DNA of 64,000 nt from an uncultured Flavobacteriales bacterium (GCA_903873905.1 CAIQQJ010000057.1:8058-72057), one strand, 5' to 3'. Positions 40,095 through 49,984 are shown, counted from the first letter of the stretch. Program-made: numbers and translations. The notes: generated by a model not told the origin, from the sequence alone.

Positions 40095-41846
40095 TCAAAA
40101 CGTTTTATTGTTTTTATTTTTATTCAGACGAATTAATGTTTTTTCAATATATTTTTCAGTAGGTAAAAGTGATTGTTGAATTCGTTTTGCGTAATGAATG
40201 GAGTCAATAATTTCCTTTTGTTTTTCCTCCACGATTTCCTTTTGCATGGCGATCTCCGTGTTTTTCTGTTCGAGCAGGATGTTTGATTTATTTTTGATTC
40301 TGTAACTACGGAAAACAAAAACAAGAATCAATAAAATAGAAAGGATTCCAAACAATAATAGGTTTCGAATAAATGAATTTTTCTGAGCTTGTTTTTCGCT
40401 TTCTATTTTGGAAATATTTTGTTTGAAATCGAATTGTTCTTTCATCTGTTTCTTTTCATATGCGGACCGGATATCCCCAATTTTTGTTTTGTTACTAAGG
40501 CTGTCAAGCGAATCAATAGCAAGCTGATGTTTTTTCATGTAAAGAAAGGCCTTCTCCCAATTCTTCAGTCCTTCATATCCTTGGTAAAGATTCAGGTAGA
40601 TATTGTCGTCATAAATTCCAAAATGTCGATCGTTTTCAATTGCCAATGCCTTTTCTCCATAACTCACCGCTTCTTGAAAATTCTTTTCCTTGATGGATAT
40701 TCTACCCAATGAATTGTAAGAATAAAGTTCTCCTTCTTTATTTTTAAATTTAATTCTTTCTTCCAAAGCAATTTTCTGATAATATTTTGCACTGTCAATA
40801 AAACCAAATCCCAAAAGCAATTCTCCAAAATCACCCTTAACTAGCGGGTCATTGTAATTGTTTTTTGCAAGGTCATTGTACAAAATGCTTTTCCTTCCAT
40901 ATTCCAATGCTTTTAGGGTATCCTTGATACTTGCATAATCAAACATAACTTGATGGCAATAATTACTCAAATAGCCATAGCTTTTCAATTTTTCAGCGAG
41001 CTGAATTCCTTTCAAATTATATTTAACGGCTTCCTGATAATTTTCAACAGCTCCATAAATGCCACCGAGTAAGGAATAGGCTGTCATAAGTGATGTGGTG
41101 TCAGATATTTTCTCTGCTAGCGAAAGCATGGGAAGAATAAGTTCTTCAGCTTTGCTGTTATTTTTCTCCAAGTAATAGGCGCGAGCCTCTGAAATTGTAC
41201 TCTTCTCGAAAAAGAAAGTCATCCCATGTCTTTGAAAAATGGCGATAGCAGAATCAGAAAACAGGAATGCATCATTTTGCATATTTTCAAATTCTTTTTT
41301 TGATCTTTCATTGAAACGATATTTCGAATAAACTAACCAGTACGAGCCTTCCAACATCCAATTACCTTGATCATGTGCTAGTTTAATGGAAGATTTAAAA
41401 AATGTTTCTATTGCAGGATGTTCTGCTTCATCATGAGCACTAAAAAAAATGGCAGCACGTGAATAATCAAGCATAGCTTTTTTTGCCAACAGCTCTTTCT
41501 TGTTTACAATTTGTGAAAGTGAATCAATAATCGTTCGTGCTGCTTGATCATCTCCTCTCATATGAAAAAGCAAAGCCTGCTGTTCAGCGAGCGTGTATTT
41601 TTGAAAAGCTGGATTGATTTTCTTTTCAACTTCATTGTATTGGGCACACCATTTTGAAAATTGTGTTGTATCCGTTGCACACGCATCAATAAGTGCTGCC
41701 TCAATGAGATAAAGTTTTTCACGCGGAGCTTTGGTCGTATCAATTAGGCGCCCGTAAAGTCGCTGCAACGATGTGTGTTGTGCAGATGCCTGAATGCAAA
41801 TGAGGCAAAAGAAAAGATGGGCAAGAAGTAGGGTTCTTGTTTTCAT
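40095..41846 (-). CDS. Second TPR-like + TM sensor protein with truncated PP2C stub (paralog of 37396..39159)
   Basis: TM segment LLLFGILSILLILVFVF. Ends ...IIDSIHYAKRIQQSLLPTEKYIEKTLIRLNKNKNNKTF-stop. The 3'-terminal ~100 nt are near-identical at DNA level to the 3' end of 37396..39159 (cagtaggtaaaagtga(c/t)tg(c/t)tgaattc...taatgaatggagtc). Confidence 0.65.
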   Translation of the reverse strand: MKTRTLLLAHLFFCLICIQASAQHTSLQRLYGRLIDTTKAPREKLYLIEAALIDACATDTTQFSKWCAQYNEVEKKINPAFQKYTLAEQQALLFHMRGDDQAARTIIDSLSQIVNKKELLAKKAMLDYSRAAIFFSAHDEAEHPAIETFFKSSIKLAHDQGNWMLEGSYWLVYSKYRFNERSKKEFENMQNDAFLFSDSAIAIFQRHGMTFFFEKSTISEARAYYLEKNNSKAEELILPMLSLAEKISDTTSLMTAYSLLGGIYGAVENYQEAVKYNLKGIQLAEKLKSYGYLSNYCHQVMFDYASIKDTLKALEYGRKSILYNDLAKNNYNDPLVKGDFGELLLGFGFIDSAKYYQKIALEERIKFKNKEGELYSYNSLGRISIKEKNFQEAVSYGEKALAIENDRHFGIYDDNIYLNLYQGYEGLKNWEKAFLYMKKHQLAIDSLDSLSNKTKIGDIRSAYEKKQMKEQFDFKQNISKIESEKQAQKNSFIRNLLLFGILSILLILVFVFRSYRIKNKSNILLEQKNTEIAMQKEIVEEKQKEIIDSIHYAKRIQQSLLPTEKYIEKTLIRLNKNKNNKTF

Positions 41847-41903
41847 TGGGGTTAGCTGTGTAATAAGGGAACTGCAATATAAATGATTTTAAAATAGTAG
41901 GCG

Positions 41904-43889
41904 TTAAATCCTGATGCCTATTACACAAACATCATCCAATTGTTCAAGGTTACCTTTCCAATCCTCGAAAGTTTTATCCAAAACATTTTTCTGTTCTGAC
42001 ATTTTCATTGCACTGATCGCGAGCAGCTTTTCCTCAAGTTGTTTGTATTTGAATTTTTTCCCTTTCTCTCCACCGAATTGATCCGCATAGCCATCTGTGA
42101 AACAATATAATGCATCGCCTTTTTGCAATTGAAAATCACGTTTACCAAAATCCTTCAAGTCTCCGCTATGAACACCCACGGGCATTTTATCGGCTTCAAG
42201 AAAAATCACTTCATTGCCTGCTACTGATTTGCGAATAATAACTGCAGGATTATTCGCTCCTGAAAATTCAATTGTATTGTTTTTTTTGTTCCATGAAAAA
42301 ATTGAAATGTCCATTCCATCACGTTGTCGGATTTCCCTTCCACGCTGTTCAAGCGCATGAATTATTTTTTCACGAAGCAGATTTAAAATAAGTCCAGTGG
42401 AAAATATTTTCTTGCCGGAAACAATTTCATCGAGAAAACTCATCCCCAAAACACTCATGAATGCGCCTGGAACGCCATGACCTGTACAATCGGCAGCACA
42501 CCAAACGGCGTACGCATTGGACGAATATGCCCAATAGAAATCTCCGCTCACCACATCGCGCGGTTTGAAAAGAATAAAATATTCAGGAACTATTTCTTCC
42601 CAAGTTTCCTTTTGTGTCAACAGTGCCGATTGAATTCGCTCAGCATAATTGATGGAATCGGTAATAGATTTGTTTTTTTCTTCAACGATAATTTTCTGTT
42701 TTTCAATAATCATTTTCTGTCGTTGCGTAATGCGAAAACGATTGAGAATAAAACCTAGAAACAATAGCACCATCACCAATCCTGCCGTTACCGCGAGGAT
42801 GATAAGCTTTTGTTTTTTCTTTTCGGATTCATCTATTGCACTTTGTTTTTCATGGTCTTTACGAAGTGCGAGTTTTTCATTCTCATATTGATTTTGCATT
42901 TCAATACGCTCCATGCTTCTTTTGGTTTCCTCATTGTTCAGGGAATCCCTTGCCTTGATGAACTCCTTGTAAAACTTGAGCGCCTTCATGCCGTCATTTT
43001 TCTTGGAATAAACTTCTGAAAGCGTTTCACAGATTTCCTCCACACCAACCAAATCGCCAATTTCTTTTGAAATGCCCAATGCTTCCAATTCATATTGCTC
43101 CGCTTTGGGAAGGTCCTTCATTTCCAGATACAGTGCACCGATATTGGCAAGTGAAGTGGAAACGCCAATGCGGTTATTGATTTCCCTCCGCAAATCAAGT
43201 GAGAGCAAATAATATTTCAAGGCACGGTCATAATCTTTTTCCGACTGGTATAAAGTGCCAAGATTGTTGAAGGTGTTTGAGATTCCTTTCTTGTTGGTTC
43301 GAGGGTTTTCATACTCCAGTGCCTGTTTGTAATATTTCAATGCTGTTGAAGTGTCGCCAAGAACCTTGTACACAATTCCAATATTGTTGAGAGATCCGGA
43401 AATTCCTGTGGAATCTTTTTGTTGTTGCTGAATAGCCAATGCCTTTTTATAATATTCCAGCGCCTTTGTATTGTTATTCTGGTACCAATAAATGATCCCG
43501 ATGGAATTGTAACAGAGCGATGTTTTCTTTTGCGATTGCATGCTGTCGGCAACATTCAGTGCGACGAATTTCATCTCCAACGCTTTCGTGTAATCGCCTA
43601 GGTCGAGAAAAATATTTCCAAGACTAAATGCGGATTCATAAATTCCTGACTTGACATTTGCTGCACGGTAAAGACGATAGGCCAATTCCGCATTCATTTT
43701 GCCATTCATGGCATTATCCGCATCTACATATTCATTGGACAATTGCAAATAATATTTTGCCTTGGTCGAATCAATTTTGGTTGCAGCAATGAGATTTTGC
43801 AGCGAATCAATCTTGTCCTTTTGCGCATGGGAAACTGAACACGTGCAGGACGCGATAAAAAAAAGAAAAAGCTGAATGACTTTTTTCAT
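41904..43889 (-). CDS. Membrane sensor: signal peptide, TPR repeats, TM, PP2C/SpoIIE-type phosphatase (paralog)
   Basis: TM segment LIILAVTAGLVMVLLFLGFIL. PP2C motifs INYAERIQSA, AADCTGHGVPGAFMS, FTDGYADQFGG and QLDDVCVIGIRI. Confidence 0.8.
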   Translation of the reverse strand: MKKVIQLFLFFIASCTCSVSHAQKDKIDSLQNLIAATKIDSTKAKYYLQLSNEYVDADNAMNGKMNAELAYRLYRAANVKSGIYESAFSLGNIFLDLGDYTKALEMKFVALNVADSMQSQKKTSLCYNSIGIIYWYQNNNTKALEYYKKALAIQQQQKDSTGISGSLNNIGIVYKVLGDTSTALKYYKQALEYENPRTNKKGISNTFNNLGTLYQSEKDYDRALKYYLLSLDLRREINNRIGVSTSLANIGALYLEMKDLPKAEQYELEALGISKEIGDLVGVEEICETLSEVYSKKNDGMKALKFYKEFIKARDSLNNEETKRSMERIEMQNQYENEKLALRKDHEKQSAIDESEKKKQKLIILAVTAGLVMVLLFLGFILNRFRITQRQKMIIEKQKIIVEEKNKSITDSINYAERIQSALLTQKETWEEIVPEYFILFKPRDVVSGDFYWAYSSNAYAVWCAADCTGHGVPGAFMSVLGMSFLDEIVSGKKIFSTGLILNLLREKIIHALEQRGREIRQRDGMDISIFSWNKKNNTIEFSGANNPAVIIRKSVAGNEVIFLEADKMPVGVHSGDLKDFGKRDFQLQKGDALYCFTDGYADQFGGEKGKKFKYKQLEEKLLAISAMKMSEQKNVLDKTFEDWKGNLEQLDDVCVIGIRI

Positions 43890-44078
43890 TTGATGCTGAA
43901 ATTCCCAATGTTTCCGGTTTCATTTTAATTCGAAGAATGAAATCCATAGTAGGAAGGTAGGAAAATTTAAAAATCAAACTCATTTTGTTACACTTATTTG
44001 TGGAGGTCAGGGAGGCCAACAACCATTTTCTCCGAACTCCCTACTCCCAACTCCCAACTCATTGCTATCTTTGCGCCC

Positions 44079-45620
44079 ATGGCAAATCAAGACGATCTTT
44101 TTAAAAACATCATTTCGCATTCTAAGGAATACGGATTCATTTTTCCATCATCAGAAATTTATGATGGACTCAGCGCTGTTTACGATTACGGACAATATGG
44201 TGCCGAACTGAAAAAAAATATTCGAGAATATTGGTGGAAAGCGATGGTGCAGTTGAATGAAAATATTGTTGGAATTGATGCTGCAATTTTCATGCATCCA
44301 ACAACCTGGAAAGCTTCTGGCCACGTGGATGCTTTCAGTGATCCACTCATTGATAATAAAGATTCCAAAAAACGTTATCGCGCCGATGTATTGATTGAAG
44401 ACGCCATGACGAAATTCGAAGACAAAATCAATAAGGAAGTAGAAAAAGCCGCGAAACGATTTGGTGAAACTTTTGATGCGGCAATGTATCGCACTACCAA
44501 TCCACGCGTGATGGAGTATCAGAAAAAAATTGATGATACGAATGCACGTTTCAAAACCGCGCTCGAGAATAATGACATGGATGGTTTAAAACAAATCATC
44601 GTTGATCTTGAAGTGGTTTGTCCTGTTTCCGGTTCTCGCAATTGGACAGAAGTGCGTCAATTCAATTTGATGTTCTCTACACAATTGGGTTCTGTTGCAG
44701 AAGATTCAAATACCATTTACCTCCGTCCTGAAACTGCTCAGGGGATTTTTGTGAATTTCTTGAATGTGCAGAAAACAGGAAGAATGAAAATTCCTTTCGG
44801 TATTGCACAAACAGGAAAAGCTTTTCGAAATGAAATCGTAGCGCGACAATTTATTTTCCGCATGCGCGAGTTCGAACAAATGGAAATGCAATTTTTCATT
44901 CGACCGGGAACAGAAAATGAGTGGTATGAAAAATGGAAAGCTACAAGAATGAATTGGCATAAAGCGCTAGGCATTCCAGAATCAAAATATCGTTTTCATG
45001 ATCATTTGAAATTGGCGCATTATGCAAAAGCCGCTTGTGATATTGAATTTGAATTTCCATTTGGTTTCAAAGAATTGGAAGGAATTCATTCGAGAAGCGA
45101 TTTCGATTTGAAACAACACGAACAGTTTTCAGGAAAGAAATTGCAATACTTCGATCCGGAATTGAATGAAAGTTATGTTCCGTTTGTAATTGAAACGTCC
45201 ATCGGTCTTGATAGAATGTTCCTGGCCACAATGTCGTACGCTTACAAGGAAGAAAAATTGGAAGATGGAAGTGAGCGCGTGGTTTTAAATCTACCTCCAT
45301 TTCTTGCACCGATCAAAGCAGCCATTCTTCCATTGGTAAATAAGGATGGTCTTCCTGAAAAAGCAGAAGAGATTATCAATATTCTAAAATTCGAACACAT
45401 CATTACCTCTGAAGAGAAAGATTCCATCGGAAAACGTTATCGTCGACAAGATGCGATTGGCACTCCTTACTGCATTACAGTTGATCACCAAACATTGACA
45501 GATAACACTGTTACCATTCGTGAGCGCGATACCATGAAACAGGAACGCGTGGCGATTGATCAGCTCTCAAAAATTATTGGAGAGAAGGTGAGCATGAATA
45601 ATGTGTTGAGAAAGTTGTAG
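44079..45620 (+). CDS. glyQS: Glycine--tRNA ligase, dimeric alpha2 (GlyQS) type (the ORF opens at 43998; the likely start is MANQDD at 44079)
   Basis: N-terminus ...FIFPSSEIYDGLSAVYDYGQYGAELKKNIREYWWKAMVQ is diagnostic of alpha2 GlyRS. Class II motifs FRNEIVARQFIFRMREFEQMEMQFF. C-terminal anticodon-binding domain. Confidence 0.9.
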   Translation: MANQDDLFKNIISHSKEYGFIFPSSEIYDGLSAVYDYGQYGAELKKNIREYWWKAMVQLNENIVGIDAAIFMHPTTWKASGHVDAFSDPLIDNKDSKKRYRADVLIEDAMTKFEDKINKEVEKAAKRFGETFDAAMYRTTNPRVMEYQKKIDDTNARFKTALENNDMDGLKQIIVDLEVVCPVSGSRNWTEVRQFNLMFSTQLGSVAEDSNTIYLRPETAQGIFVNFLNVQKTGRMKIPFGIAQTGKAFRNEIVARQFIFRMREFEQMEMQFFIRPGTENEWYEKWKATRMNWHKALGIPESKYRFHDHLKLAHYAKAACDIEFEFPFGFKELEGIHSRSDFDLKQHEQFSGKKLQYFDPELNESYVPFVIETSIGLDRMFLATMSYAYKEEKLEDGSERVVLNLPPFLAPIKAAILPLVNKDGLPEKAEEIINILKFEHIITSEEKDSIGKRYRRQDAIGTPYCITVDHQTLTDNTVTIRERDTMKQERVAIDQLSKIIGEKVSMNNVLRKL

Positions 45621-45630
45621 CTTTAATCTA

Positions 45631-45703
45631 TTCTGAATTTTGAGTTCTGAATTCTAAATTGAAAAAGGAATTCAAAATTTAGAATTCAAAATTCAAAATT
45701 ATT
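45631..45703. repeat. AT-rich imperfect palindromic intergenic element, family 2 copy B (between glyQS and the methyltransferase gene)
   Basis: ttctgaattttgagttctgaattctaaattg-aaaaagg-aattcaaaatttagaattcaaaattcaaaattattttt. Shares its core and end with 2662-2748. Confidence 0.5.
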
Positions 45704-45707
45704 TTTC

Positions 45708-46457
45708 ATGGACGCAAAACATTGGGACAATCTCGCCGCAACTTTCGAATCGGAAGTAATGAGCTCTTTACATGCCGACAAAAATCGTGCTTTGGAAAGT
45801 GCAATAAAAAAATACATCAAGAAAAAAGATCATGTAGCTGACTTCGGTTGCGGTGTTGGAGGATTTCTTCCCTTGCTTTCCAAAGTTGCTGGAAAAATAT
45901 CAGCTTGCGATTTTTCTATCAAATGTATTGACATTGCCAAGTTGCGATTTGCGGGAATGAAAAATATTGATCTTTTCGTTCATGATCTTACAAAACCATT
46001 GAAATTGAAATGTGATGTTGCAGTTGCTGCGAACGTTTTGATTTCTCCAGAACCGGAAAAATTGAAACAAATGTTGAAGACGATGGCAGCCACTGTAAAA
46101 AAAGGTGGCTACTTAATTGTTGTTGTTCCCTCAATGGAATCGTCGCTTTTTGTTTACCAAAAAATCATGTCAATAAGGATGGCTGGCGGAGAATCAGCTG
46201 CTCAAGCAAAAAAATATATTGAAGGAAAAATCAATTCAGATATAATTTCCCTTTCCGATGGAGTGGTGCAGGTGGGAAGCGTTCCAACAAAACATTATGT
46301 TGGAGAAGAATTTGAATCGCTGCTATTGCAATTCAAAATGGAAACGGTAGATCGAAAAAAATTGGAATACGATTGGGAAACAGAGTTGATCAACCCTCCG
46401 AAAAACCTAAAAGGTCCATTCCCTTTCGATTGGATGTTTGTTGCTCAGAAGAAGTGA
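45708..46457 (+). CDS. Class I SAM-dependent methyltransferase
   Basis: Motif I VADFGCGVGGFLPLLS. Motif II/III region VAVAANVLISPE. 249 aa. Confidence 0.7.
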   Translation: MDAKHWDNLAATFESEVMSSLHADKNRALESAIKKYIKKKDHVADFGCGVGGFLPLLSKVAGKISACDFSIKCIDIAKLRFAGMKNIDLFVHDLTKPLKLKCDVAVAANVLISPEPEKLKQMLKTMAATVKKGGYLIVVVPSMESSLFVYQKIMSIRMAGGESAAQAKKYIEGKINSDIISLSDGVVQVGSVPTKHYVGEEFESLLLQFKMETVDRKKLEYDWETELINPPKNLKGPFPFDWMFVAQKK

Positions 46458-46585
46458 CGAGTGTCATGTGACAAGGGAAAATATGTGCGGCTTATTTTAA
46501 CCCAATATTTGCAAATCTTGACCATTTATGGTAAAATTATATCCCGAAAGGACCAATATCCTACCTAGTTCGGCCTTAATTTTAT

Positions 46586-47473
46586 TTGCTCATGAAAGCC
46601 CTTCCTTTCAAAATTCCAATTCCAGGCGAAGCGTCGATTGTTGTTGAAGAAGAAATTCAACCACACTTTTACACTTATTTGCATCAGCATCAAGAAGTGC
46701 AACTCACTTGGATTTTAAAAGGTGAAGGAACTTTGCTTGCGGGTAATTATACGGGGCATTTTGGTTCAGGTGATATTTATTGGTTAGGACCGAATCAACC
46801 GCATGTGTTTCGCTGCGATCCTGTTTATTTTCAGAATAAAAATTGGTTGAAAGCGCAATCGATTTCTGTTTATTTCGATGTGTCGGAAACGCGACAGAAT
46901 TTATTGTCTGTTCCTGAATTAGAAAATCTGAAAAAGTTTTCATTGCGTTCTTCCAAAGGATTTCGAATTGAGCCAGTAGATTATGTGGCCATGACGGAAG
47001 CGTTTCTTCGTGTGCGTGTTCAACAAGGCTTACAACGACTCACTTCATTTCTTCAACTTATTGATCTCGTTTTAAATCACAGCAAACATTTTCCATTGTC
47101 AGATGAAGAAGTTGGTTCTGATTTATCTGAAAAAGAAGGAACACGCATGCACGCGATTTTTGATTTCACCTTGAAAAACTTTGACAAGGAAGTCAGCATT
47201 ACCAATGCAGCTGATGTGGTGCACATGACACCTGAAGCATTTTGTAGGTTCTTCAAAAAACATACGAGAAAAACATACGTCACTTTTCTCAATGAAGTTC
47301 GAGTGGAAAAAGCATGCAGGAAATTAAAAAGTTCCGACGATAAACTCATTGCCGAAATCGCGTATGCTTGTGGATTCGGAAATGTTTCTCACTTCAATCG
47401 TGTGTTCAGAAAGGTCACAGGAAAAACACCGAGAGAATATCAAGCACATGCGGCAGCAAGAGTGCAGAGGTGA
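46586..47473 (+). CDS. AraC-family transcriptional regulator (cupin-like N-domain + AraC HTH)
   Basis: C-terminal HTH_18 region ITNAADVVHMTPEAFCRFFKK...IAYACGFGNVSHFNRVFRKVTGKTPREY. Confidence 0.8.
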   Translation: MLMKALPFKIPIPGEASIVVEEEIQPHFYTYLHQHQEVQLTWILKGEGTLLAGNYTGHFGSGDIYWLGPNQPHVFRCDPVYFQNKNWLKAQSISVYFDVSETRQNLLSVPELENLKKFSLRSSKGFRIEPVDYVAMTEAFLRVRVQQGLQRLTSFLQLIDLVLNHSKHFPLSDEEVGSDLSEKEGTRMHAIFDFTLKNFDKEVSITNAADVVHMTPEAFCRFFKKHTRKTYVTFLNEVRVEKACRKLKSSDDKLIAEIAYACGFGNVSHFNRVFRKVTGKTPREYQAHAAARVQR

Positions 47474-47626
47474 TGTGAAAATTTCAAATGTGCAGATTTC
47501 AAATTGTTTTGACCGCGTCGCTGGTTAATTCTATGAAGCGCAATGTTCGGTACAATAAATTTTCTGTGAAATTATTTTAGAAAGTAACAATTGGAAATCG
47601 GCAATTATCAAATTGGAAATCCTTTT

Positions 47627-48190
47627 CTACTTTCCATTATAGTTGGTCATCGTAAGACCAAGACCAATCGTACCCAAGGCACGAATCGCATCACTACATT
47701 TTTCTAAACGCTCTTCTAATAATTTTTTCTGCTCATCACTCCATTTTCCCAAAACATATTCCACCTGTCTTCCTTTTGGAAATTCATTTCCTACCCCAAA
47801 ACGCAAACGCGCATATTCATTTGTTTGCAAAGTTTCTTCAATGTGTGCAAGTCCATTGTGTCCACCTGCTCCGCCTTTTGCCTTAATGCGAATGGTTCCA
47901 AACGGCAAAGCAAGATCGTCGCAGATGACCAGCAAATTTTCTTTTGATATTTTTTCCGCTTGCATCCAATACTGAACAGCCTTTCCACTCAAATTCATGA
48001 AGGTTGTTGGCTTAATCAAAATAAAATTTCTTCCCTTGAATTTGTATTCTGTTACAAACGCGTGTCGGTCATGACGCCAAGAAAGTTTTGCAGCAGTAGC
48101 GAGATGATCAAGCACAGAAAATCCGATGTTGTGTCGTGTACCAACATATTCATCACCGATGTTTCCTAATCCTACAATTAAATACTTCAT
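47627..48190 (-). CDS. pth: Peptidyl-tRNA hydrolase
   Basis: MKYLIVGLGNIGDEYVGTRHNIGF, plus the catalytic His in HNIGF and GGHNGL. Confidence 0.9.
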   Translation of the reverse strand: MKYLIVGLGNIGDEYVGTRHNIGFSVLDHLATAAKLSWRHDRHAFVTEYKFKGRNFILIKPTTFMNLSGKAVQYWMQAEKISKENLLVICDDLALPFGTIRIKAKGGAGGHNGLAHIEETLQTNEYARLRFGVGNEFPKGRQVEYVLGKWSDEQKKLLEERLEKCSDAIRALGTIGLGLTMTNYNGK

Positions 48191-48250
48191 TTCAGAGAAT
48201 AAAGATAATTGAAAAATAGCGGCAACGTTTAGTCGTAGCTTGCGTCAGTC

Positions 48251-48286
48251 GCAATAAAAAAACCACGATGAAATTCATCGTGGTTT
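48251..48286 (-). terminator. Hairpin + T-run (minus-strand sense) between rplY and pth; possible partial terminator/attenuator
   Basis: Reverse complement reads aaaaccacgatgaatttcatcgtggttttttt. Confidence 0.4.
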
Positions 48287-48325
48287 TAAAATTATTCTGC
48301 GTAAAAAGAAATTTGTCAGCGAGTG

Positions 48326-48345
48326 TCCCAACAGAATTGTTGGGA
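48326..48345. repeat. Palindromic repeat family 1 copy C (tcccaacagaattgttggga), just 3' of rplY
   Basis: Same 20-nt palindrome core as 20387-20406. Flank gcgagtgtccc resembles gggcgtgcccc of copy A. Confidence 0.45.
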
Positions 48346-48356
48346 TGTATCGAAGC

Positions 48357-49016
48357 CTATTTCTTTTTCTCAGCTGGTTTTTTAGCATCTGCAGCTTTTT
48401 TAGCATCTGCAGCCGGAGCACCAGCAGCAGCTGGAGCAGCAGCACTTGATTTGGATGACTCGTCTTCAACAACGTTACGAGTAACACGAACAGTTACGAT
48501 GGTAATGTTCGGTTTGTCGAGCAATGTGAGACCGTCAATGGTAACATCAGCAACACGAACGGTATCTCCGATTTCCATTTTGGAAACGTCGATCGTTAAT
48601 GCATCTGGTAATTTTTCAACAGGACCGCGTACAGCAATTTTCCGCAATTTACGAATAAGCTTTCCGCCGTTACGTACGCCGGGAGCTGTTCCGTCGAATC
48701 TTACTGGAAGTTCAATCGTTACTGATTTACCAGCAACAACTTCAAGAAAATCGACATGCAGAATCTTGTCAGTAACGGGATGCAACTGCAACTCCTTCAT
48801 GATTGCATTGTGTTTCTTTCCGTCAACTGTTAGTTCGACGATGTGGACATCCGGAGTGTAAACAAGTGGTTTGAAATCTCGCTCAGCTACAGCGAAAATC
48901 ACTTGCTCCGATCCACCATAAAGAACACAAGGTACCATGCCGGTAGTTCTCAGTCCCTTCGCATCTTTTTTCCCTACGTTCGTTCTTGACGAACCGCTAA
49001 TGGCTACTGATTTCAT
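48357..49016 (-). CDS. rplY: 50S ribosomal protein L25 / general stress protein Ctc
   Basis: N-terminus MKSVAISGSSRTNVGKKDAKGLRTTGMVPCVLYGG, typical of L25/Ctc. C-terminal Ala/Lys-rich tail. Confidence 0.85.
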   Translation of the reverse strand: MKSVAISGSSRTNVGKKDAKGLRTTGMVPCVLYGGSEQVIFAVAERDFKPLVYTPDVHIVELTVDGKKHNAIMKELQLHPVTDKILHVDFLEVVAGKSVTIELPVRFDGTAPGVRNGGKLIRKLRKIAVRGPVEKLPDALTIDVSKMEIGDTVRVADVTIDGLTLLDKPNITIVTVRVTRNVVEDESSKSSAAAPAAAGAPAADAKKAADAKKPAEKKK

Positions 49017-49051
49017 TGTGATTTTGGATTTATGGTTAGTGAATAAAAAAA

Positions 49052-49984
49052 TTACAATATAAAATGTGAACTGATTGATTCATGATTTACGACGCGATGA
49101 AAAACGTCGGCAAACATATTTGTTACTGATAACACTTTTATTTTAGGAGTTTCCTCTCTCAATGGAATAGTATCGGTAACAATCAATTCGGTGATTTTTG
49201 ATTTTTCTAAAACGTCATATGCTTTTCCAGAAAGAACAGCATGTGTGCACATTGCACGAACACTTAATGCTCCGCGATCCATCATCATATCAGCAGCTTT
49301 GCAAAGTGTTCCGCCAGTGTCAATGATATCATCGATGAGAACAATGTTTCTTCCTTCCATTTCTCCAATTCCAGTGATGGAATCAACGATGTTCGCTTTG
49401 GTACGTGTCTTATAACAAATAACAATTTCACTCTTCAAATGTTTCGCATACGCATTTGCGCGTTTGGATCCGCCCATGTCAGGCGCGGCCATTGTGAGAT
49501 TCGGAAGTTTTAATCTTTCGATATACGGAATGAAAATTGTCGAAGCGTAAAGATGATCTACAGGAACATTGAAAAATCCCTGAATCTGATCGGCGTGCAA
49601 ATCCATTGTCATGATGCGATCAACTCCTGCGGTGTACAATAAATCCGCAATCAACTTTGCACCGATAGCAACTCTAGGTTGGTCTTTTCTATCTTGACGA
49701 GCGAAACCGAAATATGGCATCACTGCGATAATCTCAGCCGCGGAAGCACGTTTCGCAGCATCAACCATCAACAACAATTCAAAAAGATTGTCGGTAGGTG
49801 GAGTAGTGGACTGAACAAGAAAAATTGTTGAGCCACGAACTGTTTCTTCGTAATTGGTTTGAAACTCACCATCGCTGAATTTCTGAAAAGTCAGTTTGCC
49901 CAAAGGCTGTCCGTATGACGCGGATAATTGCTCCGCGAAATGTTTCGAGGTTGAACCGGAGAATATTTTTACTTCTGAAGTCAC
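49052..49984 (-). CDS. prs: Ribose-phosphate pyrophosphokinase
   Basis: KIFSGSTSKHFAEQL..., PRPP-binding loop VLIDDIIDTGGTL, and DLHADQIQGFF. Confidence 0.9.
   Translation of the reverse strand: MTSEVKIFSGSTSKHFAEQLSASYGQPLGKLTFQKFSDGEFQTNYEETVRGSTIFLVQSTTPPTDNLFELLLMVDAAKRASAAEIIAVMPYFGFARQDRKDQPRVAIGAKLIADLLYTAGVDRIMTMDLHADQIQGFFNVPVDHLYASTIFIPYIERLKLPNLTMAAPDMGGSKRANAYAKHLKSEIVICYKTRTKANIVDSITGIGEMEGRNIVLIDDIIDTGGTLCKAADMMMDRGALSVRAMCTHAVLSGKAYDVLEKSKITELIVTDTIPLREETPKIKVLSVTNMFADVFHRVVNHESISSHFIL

Noticed and set aside
48268-48861. 197-aa plus-strand ORF with Ala-rich N-terminus antisense to rplY
   Set aside because: Lies entirely opposite a highly conserved ribosomal protein gene. Its Ala/Ser-rich composition is the mirror of the Lys/Ala-rich L25 tail. 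No start context.
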